This document shows, one piece after another, positions 9,044 to 17,950 of a stretch of DNA of 64,000 nucleotides. A program made the position numbers and the translations under genes. Within the stretch, counting starts at the first letter, position 1. Every line of letters starts with the position of its first letter. Source of the stretch: an uncultured virus (IMG/VR IMGVR_UViG_3300008255_000130) (taxonomy: Duplodnaviria; Heunggongvirae; Uroviricota; Caudoviricetes); the IMG/VR virus record IMGVR_UViG_3300008255_000130. One strand, 5' to 3'. The notes under the pieces were generated by a model. It did not search any database, had not been told where the DNA came from, and worked only from the letters and a program-made list of their open reading frames with translations.

Positions 9044-10113
9044 TGAACATTATAGAATTTCCTGAAGAAGAGAAAATTAATTATATTCTCATTGATAAAC
9101 AAATCAAAAGAGAAGAAATTAAATTTTACAGTAAATTAATTAAAAGAGAGAAATTATACTTCTCTTATAATTTTGAGAAATTCGATATACATTACAACTC
9201 ATTTAAAATAGATTATGTTACAAATCTAGTCAAATATAATTTCGATATACATTGTAAAAACTTTGAAGATGGTTTAGCCCAAATTATATTCGATAAATAT
9301 AAAGACATTATTATTACAGACCTTTTATCAGATGAACAATTAATAAGAAAAAGAAAAATGCAAAAAGAAATACAATCTCTTTTTAATTTGAAACATAGAA
9401 ATACAATCTATAATTTTCTTCTATACAATAGATTCTTATTCCCGCTTATGGCTAAAAGATATTGGCTAAAGATATTCTTGAATAATTTTGAAATGGGGTA
9501 TCTAGGTAATGAAGAAACAAACACACCTATCGTAAAGATCAAGGGTAGCATAGTGTTATCTATTGAACACTTTATAAAAGATTTGAAAAGAATGAACTTT
9601 ATTAAAATTAATAAATTCCCATTCAGAGTAGAAAATAATGACATCTATAGGAACTTAGAATTGAAGTTAGATTTTAGATTACCTAGATTATTCTTTGCTT
9701 ATTCTGTAGATAGAATAAAAGCTTTAATAATTAAGTTTATTGAAAATGATTTTAAAGTTAAAGGAACTCAATTTACAAACTTCTGGGGATTTGCTATCAA
9801 AGATGCTGTACAAACAGATATTACTCAATTACAAGAGGCCAAGTGGAAAGATGATACGACGATAGACATTCAGTATATGGTAGGTTCTATTGATAAGGTA
9901 GTTAAAGCAAAAGACCTAAAAAAGGCAGCGATAGCTCTTGTGGGCGTAGTTGGTGCAGATTACGTGCTAAACTCCATTAAAAAGAATATAACTAAAAACA
10001 ATAGAAATGAGTATGTCAAAAAACAATGGGAAAAAGCAATGGCTGATAAGAAGAAAAATGAAGCTGATAGAATGAAAATTGCTAGAGATAAATGGAATAA
10101 AAATAACAGATAA
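9043..10113 (+). CDS. hypothetical protein
   Basis: 356-aa ORF, TAATG coupling. Confidence 0.75.
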   Translation: MNIIEFPEEEKINYILIDKQIKREEIKFYSKLIKREKLYFSYNFEKFDIHYNSFKIDYVTNLVKYNFDIHCKNFEDGLAQIIFDKYKDIIITDLLSDEQLIRKRKMQKEIQSLFNLKHRNTIYNFLLYNRFLFPLMAKRYWLKIFLNNFEMGYLGNEETNTPIVKIKGSIVLSIEHFIKDLKRMNFIKINKFPFRVENNDIYRNLELKLDFRLPRLFFAYSVDRIKALIIKFIENDFKVKGTQFTNFWGFAIKDAVQTDITQLQEAKWKDDTTIDIQYMVGSIDKVVKAKDLKKAAIALVGVVGADYVLNSIKKNITKNNRNEYVKKQWEKAMADKKKNEADRMKIARDKWNKNNR

Positions 10114-10138
10114 ATTGTATTCTAAAGAAATATAGAGT

Positions 10139-10384
10139 ATGAAATCATTTAGAGAATATTTTGAAGCGGCAATAAAAAAAGCTGCAAAAAAAAGAGGTAG
10201 AAAACCTAAAAAAACTACTGTCGGTATTAGAAATATGGCAGAGAAATATGGTACTACTGAGAAAGAAGCTAAACGAGTATTTAAAAAAGTATATAACAAA
10301 GCTCTGACAGCTTATGGCCATGAAGGTCGTGCGATTGCAACTGCATATTCTATAATGAATAAAAAATTTGGAAAAGAGCAGTGA
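10139..10384 (+). CDS. basic ChaB-like protein with capsid-targeting-like leader
   Basis: MKSFREYFEA leader; AKRVFKKVYNKALTAYGHEGRAIATAYSIMNKKF resembles ChaB consensus. Confidence 0.6.
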   Translation: MKSFREYFEAAIKKAAKKRGRKPKKTTVGIRNMAEKYGTTEKEAKRVFKKVYNKALTAYGHEGRAIATAYSIMNKKFGKEQ

Positions 10385-10923
10385 ACAAAACTAAAAAGAA
10401 AGTAAAAGTTTTAACACCAAAACAGGCCCTAAAAAAAGCAAAGGTGTCCAATAAATTAAAACATCATACCATCTATAATGGAGATTTGCCTATCTCTGAA
10501 ATAACCATAAATCAATTCAATCAAAGGAAATACTTTTCCGACGTAACTAAATCTTTTTATAAGATGGGAGCAGTAAAGCCTGAAGATGTAAAGGTTCGAG
10601 TTATGTCTAATAAAATCAATTTTACTACTCCATCTTTTGAGACTACAAAGAAAAATTATATTCAAAGCATATTGTTTCCAAAGAAATTAACAGAAATTAA
10701 AGATAGAAAGCAGATGAAGAATCTAGATGTGAAGTTAGATTGTTCTTGTCCTAGTTTCTCAAAACAGGGCATGATGTATAAACTTGGTACCATAGAATCT
10801 GCAATCAAAAGAGAAACTAGATCAGATGATCGTTGGGGGCCAAGGCACTCCAACAAGAATTATCTTTGCAAACATTTAAAATATGTTATAAAAAACTTTG
10901 AAGCAATAATGAAAAAAGTTTAA
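10381..10923 (+). CDS. SWIM zinc-finger protein
   Basis: DCSCPSF...LCKHL (CxC-xn-CxH). Confidence 0.75.
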   Translation: MNKTKKKVKVLTPKQALKKAKVSNKLKHHTIYNGDLPISEITINQFNQRKYFSDVTKSFYKMGAVKPEDVKVRVMSNKINFTTPSFETTKKNYIQSILFPKKLTEIKDRKQMKNLDVKLDCSCPSFSKQGMMYKLGTIESAIKRETRSDDRWGPRHSNKNYLCKHLKYVIKNFEAIMKKV

Positions 10924-10933
10924 ATATACTGTA

Positions 10934-11770
10934 ATGAAATCATTTAAACAATACTATCGAGAAAATCTTGAAAATTATGATGAAGCTTTTGGTAGTACTC
11001 CAAAAAGTAGACTAGATTTTGGTTCTGAATTAGAGCAAGAGTTGGCTAAAGAGATGGAGACTGAAATAGTAGAACTTCCAGATAAACAAAAGAAATACTC
11101 GATTAAATTACCAGATATTAAAACTCAATCTAATTGGGTAAAAACTTATATTGCAAACAGTCCAATTTTATCTAAGATACCTATCGCTACAGATGATGTA
11201 GAAAAGATGTTAAATGCTGTAGAGAAATTTTCTGCAAAAGATTATAGAATTATGAAAGGAGAGTTCGGAGCAAAATTTGGGGATGTTATCGTAAATAGTT
11301 CAGTAGACTCAAATAATTTTGAGACGGCTACATTATTTATAGATACTAAAGTTGGTAAAAGAATCTCTTTGAGAAGCTTGGCCCGTTTTGCTAGTGATCT
11401 AAAAAGTAATCAACAAAGTTTTTATCTCAGTAAAACAAAAGAAGATATTGTTCTTATACAATACAATAAAAATATGATGTTTAAAATAGTTAAATATTTT
11501 AATGATAATATTATTGTTCCGCATAATGCTGAATCAGAAGATAAACTAAAAAAAGCTACGATACAAACTTTGGCAGATTATGCTTTTCATAAATCTGTAC
11601 CTGCTGAATTAGTAAATAAGTCAACTGAGTTTTACAAAGCACTTTCTATAGATAAAGGTTCAATGGAAATTATGATGGATATAAAAAAATTGAAAGAATT
11701 TAGTAGTGATAATAGAGTGTTTACAAATATTAAAGATGCTAGTAGACATATAGTGAGAAACATATTATGA
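10934..11770 (+). CDS. capsid-targeting-like leader protein, possible PD-(D/E)xK fold
   Basis: MKSFKQYYRE leader; GSELEQE...FGDVIV...FIDTK pattern (weak). Confidence 0.5.
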   Translation: MKSFKQYYRENLENYDEAFGSTPKSRLDFGSELEQELAKEMETEIVELPDKQKKYSIKLPDIKTQSNWVKTYIANSPILSKIPIATDDVEKMLNAVEKFSAKDYRIMKGEFGAKFGDVIVNSSVDSNNFETATLFIDTKVGKRISLRSLARFASDLKSNQQSFYLSKTKEDIVLIQYNKNMMFKIVKYFNDNIIVPHNAESEDKLKKATIQTLADYAFHKSVPAELVNKSTEFYKALSIDKGSMEIMMDIKKLKEFSSDNRVFTNIKDASRHIVRNIL

Positions 11771-12812
11771 ATATAAATGATATTTTAAATGAAGAAAAAA
11801 ATGATCCTTTCGATATAGAAAGATTGCTGAATACAGGCCATAAGAAAATAGAAAAAGATTTTGAAAACGGAATGTTGAGAATGCTTGAAGAAGCTGAGGA
11901 GGGTGAAGAAGGTAAAAAACTATTTTCATCTTTAAATAACAGTGAACTTTTTAAAGTTGGGAAATCAATTAGACGACAATTAAATATTAATGCAACTGTT
12001 GATTTTTTACTAGATTTGATAATCTAGGAAAAAATAAAAGTTTATCTTTTTCTGAAATGCTATCCAATGTTTTAATGGCTAATACATTAGCATTATTGAC
12101 TAGTGAATCCATATCACCTCAGGCAGCTGGAATACACTTTGAATACTTGTTTGCTGGATTAACTAATAGTCAAGTTGCTGGTATAGATAAAAGCAAAAGT
12201 GATAGTATTTTTGACATAACTTCTGGTTCACCAAATAAAACAAAATACTCTTTAAAATTTTTAAGCCCAAAAGGGACTGTTAAAGGGTCTATTGCTAATT
12301 ACATAAGTTTTATATATGGTGATGATAACTCTTTAATTGCTAAAAAAATAAAAGCCGCAAGAGATGAATATACAACTTCTAAAGATACTACAAAATTATC
12401 TAATTTAGCTAAAAAATTAAAATCACCTAAAAATAAACTAGGATATATTGTTGGAGTAAAAAATTCTTCTACAGTTGGTATCTATTATATACCATTTGAA
12501 AGAGCTAATCAATTATTTTTAAATTCTCTTTCTAGTTTAATAGATATTAGACAACCTCAAGATTTTAAAATTTCTGCTAAGAATTTTATTGATCAAGCAA
12601 CAAATAAAGTTATCATAGAAAAAGATGCTATGTTAGAAATTAGAAATGATACTATTGATTTATTTAAAGAAATATTTTTTAATATTGAAAATTTAAAATC
12701 AAAATTGATAGATAAATCTGGAGATTTTAAAGAAGAGAAAGTGGCAGGATCAGATGTATTAGCTTTATCTAATAAAATAGATTCTGATCTAAAGAAAATA
12801 TTTAAGTCTTAA
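11767..12812 (+). CDS. probable single gene split by a -1 shift at ~12003-12009; possible restriction-endonuclease-like fold
   Basis: 11767..12027 and 12057..12812 join through GAT TTT TTA; AAGIHFEYLFAGL...FDI...YSLK pattern. Confidence 0.5.
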
Positions 12813-12826
12813 CAGTATAATAACTT

Positions 12827-13327
12827 ATGATTTCTAAAGAAGAAATAGAAAATAATATTACTCAACAGTTAGATAGTATTAATCTTTCTAAATCAAAGAA
12901 GAGAAAGAAACGAAAAAATGTTGAAGATAATACTCAAATCAAAGTAATCTCTTATCTTAAAATGAGGTATTCAGATGTTATCTATAAAGCAGATACAAGT
13001 ACTGGTGCTTTCATGACTATGGGGATGGCTATAAAAAATAAAAAGCTTGGTGGAATTGTAACTAAGTTTCCTGATCTTTGTATCTATCATATTTCTTTTA
13101 AACCTGTTTTATTTATAGAATTAAAAAAACCAAGTGTAAAAATTTATAAAGCTAATGGAGACTATTATAAAAATGAGCATTATATAAAACAATCGGAGAG
13201 TATGAAATTACTTGAAACAAAAGGGTATGCTTGTTCTTTTGGAATAGGCTTTGACCATTGTAAGAATCTTATAGATGCTTACATGAAAAACGACCGAGAA
13301 CTGTTTGACAGTTTTAAAATAGTATGA
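12827..13327 (+). CDS. VRR-NUC family nuclease (possible resolvase)
   Basis: EDNTQ...KFPDLCI...LFIELKK...Q..SMKLLETKGY. Confidence 0.8.
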   Translation: MISKEEIENNITQQLDSINLSKSKKRKKRKNVEDNTQIKVISYLKMRYSDVIYKADTSTGAFMTMGMAIKNKKLGGIVTKFPDLCIYHISFKPVLFIELKKPSVKIYKANGDYYKNEHYIKQSESMKLLETKGYACSFGIGFDHCKNLIDAYMKNDRELFDSFKIV

Positions 13328-13530
13328 AAAAAATAACAAAAATAATCCCAATCAAAAATACCAATAATTTTAACTTTGAATTTATTGATGAAGAAACAAA
13401 TAAATCGCACTTCGCCTCAGAAGCTTCTAGAGAAGAACTGATTAGATTTATGAACTATAGCAAGAATCCAGAAGAAGTTTCTTATGCTGAAGAGATTATA
13501 GAAAATCAAAGCGTCTTCTATAACGGGTGA
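13324..13530 (+). CDS. hypothetical protein
   Basis: 68-aa ORF with ATGA overlap. Confidence 0.6.
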   Translation: MKKITKIIPIKNTNNFNFEFIDEETNKSHFASEASREELIRFMNYSKNPEEVSYAEEIIENQSVFYNG

Positions 13531-14003
13531 TTAGGAATACTTCCATGATTCTCAAGTATGAAGGCAAGTAGTTTTTTCTTAGTTGCCTTCATATCTTCAT
13601 TGATTTCTTTTTCCCACAAATAAAGCAAAGGCATTTTATGTTCTTCTGCTATAAATCTTTTTCTCTTATCATTTTGAACATTTCTTTTTTGAACTTTAGT
13701 TAGTTTAGTATATTTCTTTGTCTGCTCGACGATATATTCTCTAGCATGAAAATAATCTCCATTTACTTCTATCAAACCAATAGGTTTTTGTATATCATCT
13801 GATACATACTCGAAGATCAAGAAATCGTAGTATTTATTCTTCAGATGGAATTCTTGAATATATGGAATTTTGCATGAGTTGAGCAGAAGTCTAATTGCTC
13901 TTTCGATGCTAGTCTCTACATGAGTTCTGATTATTTTACCAGTCACTTTGTCTTTTTTGACTGTAGAATATTTAGTTTTTGGTTTGCGTATTCTTTTTTT
14001 CAA
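13518..14003 (-). CDS. Vsr/DUF559-like endonuclease
   Basis: ETSIE...YIQEF...YYDF...IEVNGDYFH...NDKRK...LLYLWE; GAGGA RBS, TTG start. Confidence 0.8.
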   Translation of the reverse strand: MKKRIRKPKTKYSTVKKDKVTGKIIRTHVETSIERAIRLLLNSCKIPYIQEFHLKNKYYDFLIFEYVSDDIQKPIGLIEVNGDYFHAREYIVEQTKKYTKLTKVQKRNVQNDKRKRFIAEEHKMPLLYLWEKEINEDMKATKKKLLAFILENHGSIPNHPL

Positions 14004-14043
14004 AACATCCTCTTTGTATATTTTAAATATAAGGTTAGAAGAT

Positions 14044-14685
14044 ATGAAAATTTTAAAAACAGGAGCTATTTATAGATTAACATATACTGGTTGGAAAACA
14101 ACTCCGCAACCTATAGTTTTTATATTATATGCAGGCCCACAAGGTAATAAAATGCATGGTTTATATTTAAACTCTTCTACAAATTCAAAAGCAGAATTTG
14201 TACGTTTTATATCTATTATCAAACAACTTTCAAACTCAAATTCTATCTATTTAAAAAACTCTAGAGCATTATATACTATATTGAAGAAGTATTGTCCAAA
14301 TTTTATGCGGACAGCATATAGAACTTTATTTAAAGATAAAATAGGAAATTATGCAGTTGTTTCTTATGGTCTTGCAAAAGAAACAGATTTTAGTGAACAA
14401 GAAAAAATTAAAAATGATTATCTATTGTATAGCCAAGGTAAAAAAATGTTTCAATCAGTCGTAGTAAATAATATCATGCCAGAAAAGAAAGTGGTAGATA
14501 CATTTTATCAACCAGTGAAAGCACCTCCACCTCCACCTCCGCAAAAAGTACAAATTAAAAATGAAACTACAGGTGTAGTTAAAACAAATATATCTAAAGA
14601 TAATAAACCAGAAGGAACTGTAAGAAAAACTTCTGCTAATTATCAAGAGCCAAAAACTGCTGGCGATGAAATAGAAGGATACTAA
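14044..14685 (+). CDS. T4 gp2-like DNA end protector (putative)
   Basis: IYRLTY..WKTTPQPIVF...HGLYLN...YTILKK...AYRTL resembles gp2 layout; ATG 14044 preferred over 13948. Confidence 0.5.
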   Translation: MKILKTGAIYRLTYTGWKTTPQPIVFILYAGPQGNKMHGLYLNSSTNSKAEFVRFISIIKQLSNSNSIYLKNSRALYTILKKYCPNFMRTAYRTLFKDKIGNYAVVSYGLAKETDFSEQEKIKNDYLLYSQGKKMFQSVVVNNIMPEKKVVDTFYQPVKAPPPPPPQKVQIKNETTGVVKTNISKDNKPEGTVRKTSANYQEPKTAGDEIEGY

Positions 14686-14687
14686 AA

Positions 14688-17600
14688 ATGAAAGGACGAA
14701 GAGGAAGCTCTCCAGTAAAAAGCAATAGCGTAACTTCAGGTGGTGAAGCAAAAATCATTAAAGATATGAATGATTTAGCACCTGTAGCCGCCGCCGCTCA
14801 AAAGCTGAGAAAAACTGGAAATCGTCAAGCAAATATTCAAAGCATTATAGAACTTCTAGAAGTAAAAGATGGTTGCGATTTTAGAGATTCTGTAGAGAAA
14901 GCATACAAAAAAAAAGAAAGAGAGTTAAATGATAAATATCCTGACATAGCAAAAGCAGGCGGATATTTAGAGATTTTAAAACAACTTAAATACGCCCTCC
15001 AATCTTCAGATGTAGTAAATGATAAAGATTTATATGAAGAGGGCCAAGACGCTTATAAAACCAATTCAGGTATTACAAACTCTTGGAAGAAAGTAAAAAA
15101 TTGCAGTAAAACTTTTAGAACCACAACTACAGCTCTAGAAGAAAGTACTGTTCCTACTAAAGAACCAATTCCTCCTGCTAAACAAGTTATTAGTAATAAA
15201 AGTATTCAAAACGATATTTTTGAAGAACTATATTTTTCTGAAACCGCTTACCCTTCTAAATTTATAAAATGTTATGTATTTTTCAATAATAAAACACCGA
15301 CACCTTTTGTAAGAGCAACTATTAGTTATCCAATGCAGTTCATAGCATATAATGAAGAAGCGCCAGGGCATACAGATACTAATCAACACATTATAGAACA
15401 AGATATAGATATTCCACCTTATAATAAAATCACATCTTTTAATTATGATGTAACAGGTAGAAAAGTAGAATTGGAAATAAAAGATAGCGGTGATGCTATG
15501 GGTGAATTTTTCCTAACTCAGTTGGGAAATATACAAGATTATAATGGACAAATAATAGTAACTGTAAGATATGGTTGGAGTTCACCATATATAACAAGAC
15601 AAAATTCTAGACTTATAGAAGACCCAGATAATTATGTAGCTGTAAAGCCAAGAAAATATAGAGTACCTGGAACTAAGAAAACAGAAGAATTGACTTCTAG
15701 AGCTAGAACTTATAATGTAGTTAGCTTTGCTTTGATGGATATGGAAATCAGCAGAGAATCGACAAGTACTGTGTATAAGTTGACTGGTAATGATAATGAT
15801 TTTATGGCAGTAAGTCCGATAATGAAAAGATGGATGCCTATCAATAATATCAACCTAGCAAATCTTCCACTTGGAAAATTGGCAATAGCTTTTCATTTAA
15901 AAGAACTTATAAAAGAATTGAGAGAAAAAATATTCTTTTTTATCCAAGCTCCCAAGATTACAGAAAGTACTACAGCAGAAGAAGTAAATCTTAATTTTTC
16001 TGAAGTTGTACCACAACCAAAAAAATTACCTGCTAGTGAAAAGCAACTCTATCTAGATAAACTACAAGCAACTATTAATCAAAATAAAACCAATATCTTT
16101 GAAGCGAAACAATTAGCTTTAGAATTATTATCTATAACAGATAAATTAGCTTCATTAAAATCTGAAGATATAGAACAGTTGGATAAATTAAATACATTGG
16201 ATATAGAAACTGCTAAAAAATTTGGTAGAACAATAAATGTAAATCCTCCTACTAAAAATGATGATGTAATTAATCAACTAAAATATGAAGAACAATTAAG
16301 TTTAACTTATGGTTTAAATTTAATTAAGTATTTAACAAATAGTATAGAAAATAGTGATCCACAAGTTTTAAAAAAACAAATTGAACGACAAAAACAATTA
16401 CTTACATTTCTTCTTACAATGAGTAAGAATATAAAAATACCTATAGCACAAGCTTGGAAGTATGTGGTAGATGAGGCTAGAAAACATATAGCACAAATTA
16501 ACGCAGTAATATCTTCAGAGGGTACTAGAAATAAAGCAGAATTTATATTTTTAAACTTTGTAAATTTTAATAAAGCAAATACAGAAGACCCAGATAACCC
16601 AGCTAAATATATCGAAGGTATTCCTGTTAATTCTATTGTTGCGGATATATCAACTACATATAAACGATTGTTTGAAAATCTAGCGGGTCTTACAAAAATT
16701 AAAACTAAAACACTTAGTACAAACAAAAATGATTTTGCTTATTTAGATACTAATGTTGGTTGGTACCATGCAAAAAGTAAAATAGAAATTGAAAATCTTG
16801 TGTATGCTATGTCACTTAGAATGCAAGAATCAGCAACTAATTTAAAAGAAAAGAATGAAAAATTTGATGAATATCTTAAATTTATGTTTAAGCAATTTGA
16901 AAGCCAAATCAAACTTATTTTAAAAAGCGATAATAGTTTTGATATTGAAAAACCTGACAGTATAAAAGGAATTTTAAGAGATCAAATTCAATTACAATAC
17001 GATCAGATAATACTTATGGTTTTATCTGAATATTCTATGGATGGTTTTACTGATACTGTAGATTCTGATACGGCTGAAGCTTTTGATATAACGCATGGTT
17101 ATTGCTTTAGACCTCAAGGTTTTAAAACTCAAGCAAACGATTATACAATTACAGAAAATGCTGAAATCTCTAGATCAAGAACTCAATTCTCAACAGAAAT
17201 AGATACAAGTTATTATAACTCAGGAACTTTGAATATCTATCATAACAATATTCCGGATGTTATTTCTTTTACACCGAATATCAACTATGGTTTGATTATG
17301 TCCGCTATGGCTACTTTAAATAAAAAAGATCCTACAGAAGCTTTCACAACTATATTAAATCAGAAGCAAACTCTTACAGAAGTAAAAAAAGAATTACAAG
17401 AAGAGAAGAAAAGAATAAGTGGCTTAACAAAAGAACAAAGAGAAGCAGAAATTAAAAATAAAATAGATGTTATGAAATCAAGTATCCCTGTCATTGATAG
17501 TGAACTTCTGAATTCATTTATGGGTGAAACAGATATGGAAAAATTTCCAATGTCTCTAAACGTAATACCACATTCAGATAATGCTAGAGCTATGCTTAAT

Positions 17601-17924
17601 AATAAAATGCATAGAACTATTTTTAAAAATAGATTAATGAGTTTCGTAAATTCCTATGAAGCTGATATGTCTATACTTGGTGAACCTTATTATGATTTGA
17701 GTTCTATTAATAAATACATTTATATTAAAGTAAATAATGTTTTTGGTCAAGAAACTTATCAATCAGGTATATATCAAATTACAAATATCATTCATGAAAA
17801 ACAAGGTGGAAGTTTTAAAACTAATTTCAAATTACTTAGAACTAAAGCCGCTGAGAATCCTGTGGGTAAAAGATTACTTGGAATGCTAAATAGTGTAAGT
17901 TTAGAAGAAATAAAAAAAGAATAA
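14688..17924 (+). CDS. large baseplate hub protein (gp27/late control D-like)
   Basis: VRYGW; C-terminal EADMSILGEP...SGIYQITNIIHE..GGSFKTNFKLLR; position next to tape measure. Confidence 0.65.
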   Translation: MKGRRGSSPVKSNSVTSGGEAKIIKDMNDLAPVAAAAQKLRKTGNRQANIQSIIELLEVKDGCDFRDSVEKAYKKKERELNDKYPDIAKAGGYLEILKQLKYALQSSDVVNDKDLYEEGQDAYKTNSGITNSWKKVKNCSKTFRTTTTALEESTVPTKEPIPPAKQVISNKSIQNDIFEELYFSETAYPSKFIKCYVFFNNKTPTPFVRATISYPMQFIAYNEEAPGHTDTNQHIIEQDIDIPPYNKITSFNYDVTGRKVELEIKDSGDAMGEFFLTQLGNIQDYNGQIIVTVRYGWSSPYITRQNSRLIEDPDNYVAVKPRKYRVPGTKKTEELTSRARTYNVVSFALMDMEISRESTSTVYKLTGNDNDFMAVSPIMKRWMPINNINLANLPLGKLAIAFHLKELIKELREKIFFFIQAPKITESTTAEEVNLNFSEVVPQPKKLPASEKQLYLDKLQATINQNKTNIFEAKQLALELLSITDKLASLKSEDIEQLDKLNTLDIETAKKFGRTINVNPPTKNDDVINQLKYEEQLSLTYGLNLIKYLTNSIENSDPQVLKKQIERQKQLLTFLLTMSKNIKIPIAQAWKYVVDEARKHIAQINAVISSEGTRNKAEFIFLNFVNFNKANTEDPDNPAKYIEGIPVNSIVADISTTYKRLFENLAGLTKIKTKTLSTNKNDFAYLDTNVGWYHAKSKIEIENLVYAMSLRMQESATNLKEKNEKFDEYLKFMFKQFESQIKLILKSDNSFDIEKPDSIKGILRDQIQLQYDQIILMVLSEYSMDGFTDTVDSDTAEAFDITHGYCFRPQGFKTQANDYTITENAEISRSRTQFSTEIDTSYYNSGTLNIYHNNIPDVISFTPNINYGLIMSAMATLNKKDPTEAFTTILNQKQTLTEVKKELQEEKKRISGLTKEQREAEIKNKIDVMKSSIPVIDSELLNSFMGETDMEKFPMSLNVIPHSDNARAMLNNKMHRTIFKNRLMSFVNSYEADMSILGEPYYDLSSINKYIYIKVNNVFGQETYQSGIYQITNIIHEKQGGSFKTNFKLLRTKAAENPVGKRLLGMLNSVSLEEIKKE

Positions 17925-17950
17925 AACCACAATAAAAAGAAAAATACAGT

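Noticed and set aside
13948..14043. Long N-terminal extension of the gp2-like ORF
   Set aside because: Overlaps the divergent nuclease gene; ATG 14044 is more plausible
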